A DNA stretch of 64,000 nucleotides from the NCBI GenBank assembly GCA_028534125.1, contig CM052817.1, positions 73,906,001 to 73,970,000 of the forward strand, given 5' to 3'. Origin of the DNA: Lama glama (taxonomy: Eukaryota). A model generated the notes under the pieces. It did no database searches, was not told where the DNA came from, and saw only the letters and a program-made list of their open reading frames with translations. This document shows, piece by piece, positions 56,761 to 64,000 of this stretch; the stretch's first letter is position 1; each line of letters begins with the position of its first letter. A program made the translations under genes and the position numbers.

Positions 56761-59700
56761 ATTCCTGGATGGGGATGGTGTTGGGAAAGAATTAATGACA
56801 GTGATCAGTGGATAATGATAATGAGTCCTCCCCATCTCCAGTCCATTGATCACAGGTTGCTTTGGGATCATAAAACTGAGATATCCAGAATGGTGGCATT
56901 TTATGGCCCTTGGTGAAAAGTAGGTATGAGAGATATCAGAGAAGGAGGTCCTCCCATATCTAATGGCAGTGTAACTAAAACCAAAAAGCAAAACATAAAC
57001 AAAACAAGACCTTGGTAAGTTCAAAGGATAAATCTGAGAATAGGCTGGCTTTTACTCAAATGTTTGCTATCCCGTGGAACAGTCCTTGAGAAAGTAGAAA
57101 TTCAGAACTACTTGACTCCTCAAACCTCCTAACATTAATTTTGTTGATCCAGACAATCCTATCTAGATTATTTAATTTACCAGGAGAGAAATATAAAAAT
57201 TATTTGAACTTGTCTCACATTCTTGTACTGCTTCACATAGGGCTGACAGTTCAATTTGTTGAGAGGCAAAATGAAGATTTGAGACAACTGACTATTAATC
57301 TGATATTTGAATGTATGTCATGGATGAAAAGGGATTTCTTTCCTACATCTGTAATATGCTTTTATCTAGGGTGAAATATGAAACAAACTCCATATCCTTG
57401 ATTTATTTAGTCAGAACATATGTTCTCCTCTGAAGCTTTTATGTAAGGTGAGAGAGAACGTGTGAGAGGAGAGAGAGAGAGACACTGAGCAATTAACCAT
57501 CTAATTTCCTAGGTACAGTAGATGTCCCAGGAAATTAAGAGGTTGTCCAGTAGCCCTTAACATGGACTGTTAGTAGATCTTTGGTACCATACATTTTTAA
57601 AGACATTCTTATTATCTCTACAAACATTTTGCCATCAATCTCTCCTTGTTAATATACATTCTATTATTTTCAATGGCCATGCTCTTTTCTGTGGAAAATC
57701 ATGTATCCATTCAACCCACACAAAACCAGACTGCTTGAGGAAATGTGAAATTCAATTGACTAGCACATTTCAGACTAAATATGGTCACTGGCTCTTTATT
57801 TCCTGCACTCGTTTAGTTTACAATTCACATTTGGGTATTTTCTCTTCAGTAACTGCATTTTGTTAGAGGTCTCTAGAGCCTGAGTCTATTTTGCTTATTG
57901 GATTTCTTCCAACGCTTTGTTCTGAGAAATTGGGATGGCTTTCACCCAAAGCAACTGAGAACTTACTTGCTGTTTTCCAGCCACCGTGTACCTTTGACCT
58001 GAGGAGACCCTGTAAGTTGCTCTCCAGTTGCGCGTGTGTATTTCAGCCGTCCTGGATGGAATCTCTTTGCCTCAATTTTTTCTATCTTTTTTACCAAACT
58101 GTTCTATGTTGCAGTGTTTTTAAGAATGAGACCATGCTCACTTGGGCTCTTTAAAGGTACTCCTAGTTCTTCATTACTTTTACTGACAAATTATTAGCCT
58201 CTCCTTTTATCCTAATGGAGAGTCTTGATGCTATCATTTCACCCCACGGGTTGTTCTCTTTAGAACCTGAATCATCAGGAAGAATCTCCATATAAGAACG
58301 TTGGTACAGTTGCTGTATTAGAAATAGTGAAATTTTAGAGTGTCATCTTTGCAAGAAAAAAAATGGTGCTTCGATTAGCTATTTTTGCTGAAGGTTGCCT
58401 GTACATTTAGGAAGGAAAAGTGGGAAAAAAAATTCTAGTTTGAACTCGGTATTTTCTATGCTCTGTGTGTGTGTATGTGTTTAACCCTGGGAAAACCTGA
58501 TCACAATTTCTTAGTCAAATTTGAGTTGAATGGTTGCATTTTCTTACAGTCCAGCTCAGTTTCTTTCATGTGCCTTCTCTTGACAAAACATCTTCGGTTC
58601 CAAAAGCCACATGGTTGATCCAGAATGTTCCCTACTGCCGCATTGGCTCCTCTCCACACCAAGCTGTCACTGGGCTATTTCCTGCCCACTCAACCCTCCA
58701 TTTCAACAGCAACAAGACACCGTCTCTCCTCTGCCTCCAACTCCCTTCTGAAGAGGCACACTCAACCGGGAACTCTTCATCATAGCAAGCTTGTTTGTTC
58801 TTCATGACTAAGTACATACTTTAATTGACAGTTTCTTCTGACAACCAGGTGTTTCTGGCTCTGTGAAGAACATGCACAATTAAAGGGTTAATGTAGTTTT
58901 CTTGAGTTTTTGTTTTTGTTTTGTTTTTTAGTTCACCTTCTCTTCGTCCAAAGCAAAATTGGGATTTGGAATTATTTGCTTGGAATTCTCACTGCCTGGC
59001 TGCATCATTTTACTTACTTGGTTAACTGGGTTTTTTGGGTTGTTCTTTAAAAAAAAAAATTGGTTGTTAGCAGAGAGAAGGGCTGCCTGATGTAAATGAG
59101 GCCAGAAACAATGACTCATCCTGTGTCTGGAAGTGCTGATTTTACCCTCACGGGATTGAGAGTGGAGACCTCTTTAATCAAGATTGAGATGATCAGCCTG
59201 GCTGCTATGGTGATAGAATGCATGTTTTCAGAGGTAGTCAGAGCTGGATGGTACTTCAGCATTCCCTGGGGAGAGAGACACCGCTGCCAGCAACTCCACT
59301 CTGTTCCCAGGCGAATTCAGGGACCAGTTGCTTACCCTGAAGACGGCTCTTAATTATGAGTCACAGCAGTGGTAGATCAGGCATGTCTGGAAAGCTGTTG
59401 TTTTAGCCTTACACTTTTTAAACTTTGCCTGAGTAAAGTTTATCTTGCTGTTTCTTTCCAAACACTCTTATTTTAAAAATGACTTATTAATGAAGTTGCT
59501 TTTTGTTGAGAAATGAGTATCTTCGAACACCAACCTGAAAAGGCACCTATGTTACCCTCCTCCTTTCTTCTATCACCAACCCCTCGGAAATGAAAGGCTA
59601 TTGTATATGAGAGCTTTATTATTATTAATTATTGTTAAGTAGATATTTGTTGAGGAGCTACTATGTGCCAGGACACAGGAGTAATGGTGTGTCTTAGAAA

Positions 59701-60014
59701 CACATCTAGTTATTAATAGCTACATCTTTTAAAAAACTCTTAGTTTTCTTTGTATCAAAAATATTTCATATTATAGAACATTTGGAAAATTCAGAAAAGC
59801 ATTAAAAATAAGACGGAATTATCAATGATACCAATATATAGTCAGGCATGTTTATTAAAATTTTAATGGATATTCTTCCTTGTTTCTTCTATTTACATAG
59901 ATCTTTTTTACAAAAATGGCATGATTCCTTACATGTGTGCTTGTATTGCTTTTACAATGACTATACCAATATCAGTCTGGATATATATTTGCCATCTTTT
60001 ATAATAAGCCCCAT

Positions 60015-62010
60015 GTATTAGTTAGGACAATGCTACCACCTATTATAAATATGCTGCCAAATCTCAGTGACTTAACCGCAGAGAAGTTTATATTTATCCC
60101 ACATACATAACAAACTGCTGTGGTTAGCTCTGGTCTGTGGGTGACCTTTCAAGTGTGGATTCAGGCATCCAGGCATCTTTCCTTTTGTGGTTTGGCCTTC
60201 CCCTAGAGTTCCAAAATATTTTACCATCAGTGTCAGATGAAGAATGAGAAAATGGAGAACGCACGCATGTTTCACAGATTTCAAGTTTGAAAGTGACCTG
60301 TATTATCTCCTCCCACATGGTATCCACATTGCTAGAACCAGTCATGAGGCTCCACCTAGCCTCACAGGAAGCTAGGAGACGTGGTCTCTCTCTGGGCAGC
60401 TACTTCCCAGTGATGGTTCTGGGCAATGGAAGGGAAGCATAAAATTTGTGATGATCAGTTATGTGTTTCTTAATGTGTTACACCATCTGGGCAGCCAATA
60501 TCTACATACAAACTTCTTGTTAAACACAGAATATACCTACTTCTTCCCCAAGGAATTTCCAATTCATGCATCCTCCAAATCTTGGATTTCTGGATGAGGA
60601 ACAGTCCTTTCCACAGGTTTGGATGTAGCTCCACGTGGTTTGGCAACATTTGAGTTAAAAGGCACCCTCTGACAGCCATATCATGATGGAGCAGGGACAG
60701 GATGGCTAGAATAGTGAGAATTGAGACTATAGTGTCTGTGTGACTTAGCTAAGTGTTGTGGACCACAACTTTATCATTTGTTCCTGGAAAGCCTTATCCT
60801 GGAAAGATGTGGCTATAGGTCAAGAAATCATTTTATTATTTGTTTTAGGAAATTCCCACAGACTTTTTTTTTTAAGATAACAATGGTCTGCTCACCTGGG
60901 TAAGGAGCTAATTTATCAGTAACAACTTACTTATCAAGGCTTTCCTTCAAGACCTTCCCTTTCATTTATATCTACCAGCCCTAGACTGTTATATCACATA
61001 CTTTGCCTTGTCTCAAATACTACCTCACCTTGAATGACTTGCTTTAAAGCAATTGATCCCAGACCCTGAAATCTGTCACTGTCCCACTCCTGACTTTTCC
61101 CTCCTGAGACACTGCTAAACCTTCATCAAGGTGGTAATCTCTTTTACTGCAATAAGATTTCAAAAATTTAATTTTGTTTTAACACATTATCTAATGACAT
61201 TGGGGAATTCAACAATTGAGGGGAAAAATTGGAGTCACACAGCAGTCACTGGTCCCTGGCAAAGTTGCAATCATTCTGAGTTTGTGGCATTGTGAAGTCC
61301 CTCTGTCCTGACCAGGGGGTGGGTGGTCAGTTCTTGCCTGAGCTCATCTTTCTTCTAATAGCATGCTGGAACAGCCAGCCACAAGCTAACACAACCAACA
61401 TTCTAATTTAGAGCTACAGGCTTGGCAAGTACTGAGTTATTGGCAGCCAAGTTTTTTCAAGTTTGTTGCCGCTGCGTAACATGAGTTTCCATTTTTCCAG
61501 CTTCCTACATCAATTTCTGCTATCCCCTGAATGGCCAAAGGTACTGTAGGATTCTGTTAAAATGGCATTCTAGTTGCAGTACCAATTTTGGGGATGAAAA
61601 TAAATGTCTCAAAATCAGTGAATTGAAAAGATAGAAGTGTATTGCTTGCTTACACAAACTTATGTGGGTGTTCCTCGTCAGCAAGTGACCTTCCATATGG
61701 AGATTTGGGGACCTCCGTTCATACTGGGACTCTGCACTCCACTGCTTTCCTGCCACTCAGAGCCTTGGAACCCTCACCCAGCCAGGGATGAGGAAGGGAG
61801 TACGGAATGCACACCTGGGTATTCAGGTCTTTGGCCTGAGAAGTGACATAGTGTTCTTGTTCACATTACATTGCCAAGATGTAGTCACATGACCACTTGT
61901 TGTCAGGAGACCGAGAAGCGCAGTCCCTCACCCGAGCTGGGCAGTGACTTTCCAGTGACACTGCTGTACTTTGGAAGAAGGATTTGTGGTGGCAGGTTAG
62001 TCATCTGCCA
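60015..62010 (-). mobile_element. old MaLR cluster (MLT1 LTRs with internal remnant; probable ERV1 LTR insert ~60735-61200)
   Basis: Two similar MLT1-like LTRs (60015-60480, 61580-62010: aatctcagtg...tttatttatc/ttgcttac...agtcacatgacc...gcagctacttcccagtga) separated by LTR-like sequence. Confidence 0.6.
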
Positions 62011-62193
62011 CATTTCCTTTTTTTACGGCAAATTTCTTTCTGATCTGGACACCAGAACACTGATTTTCTCTGATCAGAACTCTAATAAATACCCAGTGAT
62101 TTCAGCCTGTCTTCTCCACACGGACCATTACCATCAGGGCTGGGGGTTTCCATCGTCCACCTGGATGACCGTCTTAAATTCCTAGTTGAAGTC

Positions 62194-62680
62194 TGTATTA
62201 GTTTCCTACTGCAGCTGTAAGAATTACCACAAACTTAGTGGCTTAAAACAACTCATTTATTTTCTTCCAATTCTGAGAGTGAGAACTCTCCTTGGGCTAA
62301 ACTCAGTGTGTACGTTCTGGAGGCGCTCTCTCGAGTCTGTTTCCTTGCCTTTTCCAGCTTCTAGAGGCCACTTGTGTTCCTTGGCTCACAGCCCTGTTCT
62401 CCATTTTCAAAGCCAGCAGTGTAGCATCTTCTAATCTCTCCTTTTCTCTCTCTAAGTCTCATGTCTGCTCCTATAGTCACATCTTCTCTAATTTCCCTCC
62501 CTCTTTTTTTTCCTTACAAGGATTCTTATTATGATACTAGGCCCACCTAGAGTTGTCTCCCATCTCAAGATCCTTCATTTACTCACATAGGCAAAATCCC
62601 TTTTGCCAGGTAAGATAACATATTCTCAGGTCCCAGGGACTAGGATATGGACATCTTTGGAGGGTTATTCTGCCTGCCCC
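62194..62680 (-). mobile_element. MaLR LTR (MLT1D/E-like)
   Basis: tgtattagtttcctactgcagctgtaagaattaccacaaacttagtggcttaaaacaac...ttgccaggtaagataacatattctcagg. Confidence 0.85.
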
Positions 62681-62962
62681 AGAAGCCACATCTCTAATCT
62701 TGACCCACTTCAATATATGCGCCACACTGCTGCCAGAGTGATCTCTCTAAAATGCAGAACTAACCAAATCATTCTTATCACTATAACTTTTTTCTGTGAG
62801 TAGTACATTTCATTACTAGTGAATTTTGAAAACAACTTCTCAAAGCAAACCTAACATAGGAAGAATCAAATGAGATCACACCAGTTGGAGAAAATGCATG
62901 GAAGCAGGAGCATTTGTAATTTCCAAGTTTACTTTGTTGGGCCCTATGACACATGATTTTAA

Positions 62963-64000
62963 CTTTTTTTAATTGAGGCATAATTGACATATTTGTGTCA
63001 GGTATACAGCACAATGATTTGAGTTCAGTATTATTAACTACAGTCACCATGCTGTGCATTACATCCCCATGACTTATTTGTTTTATTACTAGAAGTTTGT
63101 ACCTTTTGACTCCCTTCACCCATTCCTAAACCATTCCATCATCCCACCGTACCCTGCCTCTGATGGTTACCAATCTGTTCTCTGTATCTATGAGCTTAGG
63201 TGTTTTGCTTTGTTTTTAAAGATTCCACATGTAAGTGAGCTCATACTGTATTTGTCTTTCTCTGACTTATTTCACTTAAAATGATGCCTTCAAGGTCCAT
63301 CCAAATTGTCACAAATGGCAAGATTCCTTCTTTTTTATGGCTGAAAACATTTTCTTTATCCATTCATCTATTGATGGGCACTTAGGTTGTTTCTATATAT
63401 TGATTATTGTAAATAATGCCATGATGAACATAGGAGTGCATATATCTTTTTGAGTTGTGTTTTTGTTTCCTCTGGGTAAATACCCAAAAGTGAAATGGCT
63501 GGATCATATGGTAGTTCTACTTTTAACTTTCTGAGACAGTTCCATGCTATTTCCCTAGTGGCTGCACCAATTTACATTCCCATGACTGGTGCACAAGAGT
63601 TCCCTTTACTCCACATCCTCACTAACGCTCGTTTTTTCTTGTCTTCTTGATAATAGCCATTCTAACAGGTGTGATGTGATATCTCATTGTGGTTTTGATT
63701 TGTATTTCACTGATGATTAGTTATGTTGAGCATCTTTTCATGTTACCTGTTGGTCATCTGTATGTATTTGGAAAAAATATCTGCTTAGAGCCTATGCCCA
63801 TTTTTTATTGGATTTTCTTTTTATCGAGTTGTATGAGTTCTTTATAATATTTTGAATATTAACCCCTTATCAGATAGATGATTTGCAAATATTTTCTTCC
63901 ACTTGGTAGGTTGCCTTTTCATTTTGTTAATGGTTTCTTTTGCTCTGCAGAAACTTTAGTTTGATGTAGTACTACTTGTTTATTTTTCTTTTTGTTGCCT
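62963..64000 (-). mobile_element. L1MA9-like 3' end (runs off window)
   Basis: ttaattgaggcataattgacat...gtcaccatgctgtgcattacatccccatgactta...tagccattctaacaggtgtgatgtgatatctcattgtggttttgatttg. Confidence 0.9.

Noticed and set aside
55000..64000. 3' end of the expected syntenic neighbour CAMK2D on the - strand
   Set aside because: No CAMK2D exon recognised; it probably lies beyond the window.
1..64000. Prokaryotic-type systems (CRISPR, operons), tRNA or rRNA genes
   Set aside because: Sequence is a spliced mammalian gene plus repeats; no repeat-spacer arrays or structured RNA genes were recognised.

Overview
Mammalian genomic DNA, not prokaryotic. Bases 1-21.5 kb are the 3' end of ANK2 (ankyrin-B/ankyrin-2) on the + strand. 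They contain the tail of the neuronal giant exon, three death-domain exons, the C-terminal regulatory-domain exons, three extra cassette exons (93, 183 and 92 nt), a terminal exon readable in two frames and a ~2.3 kb 3'UTR. All junctions were read as GT-AG and checked for phase. The remaining ~42 kb is intergenic and rich in old repeats: MIR, L2, nested L1s, MLT1/MLT2/MER21/ERV1 LTRs and Tigger-type DNA transposons. L1 3' ends look cetartiodactyl-like (possibly camelid), and I saw no young lineage SINEs. Best leads: (i) a possible internal promoter and first exon upstream of the 93-nt obscurin-binding exon, resembling the small-ankyrin (sAnk1.5) arrangement of ANK1; (ii) a frame-switch cassette that turns a 4-aa C-terminus into a 60-aa one; (iii) an orphan NRF1/E-box CpG-rich promoter at ~29.8 kb with plausible downstream exons; (iv) a ~32-bp intronic hairpin; (v) an extended miR-139-5p-complementary 3'UTR site; (vi) an AT->GC-skewed exon. 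Repeat subfamily names and comparisons with human proteins come from memory and need confirmation. Repeat boundaries are approximate unless a TSD is quoted.
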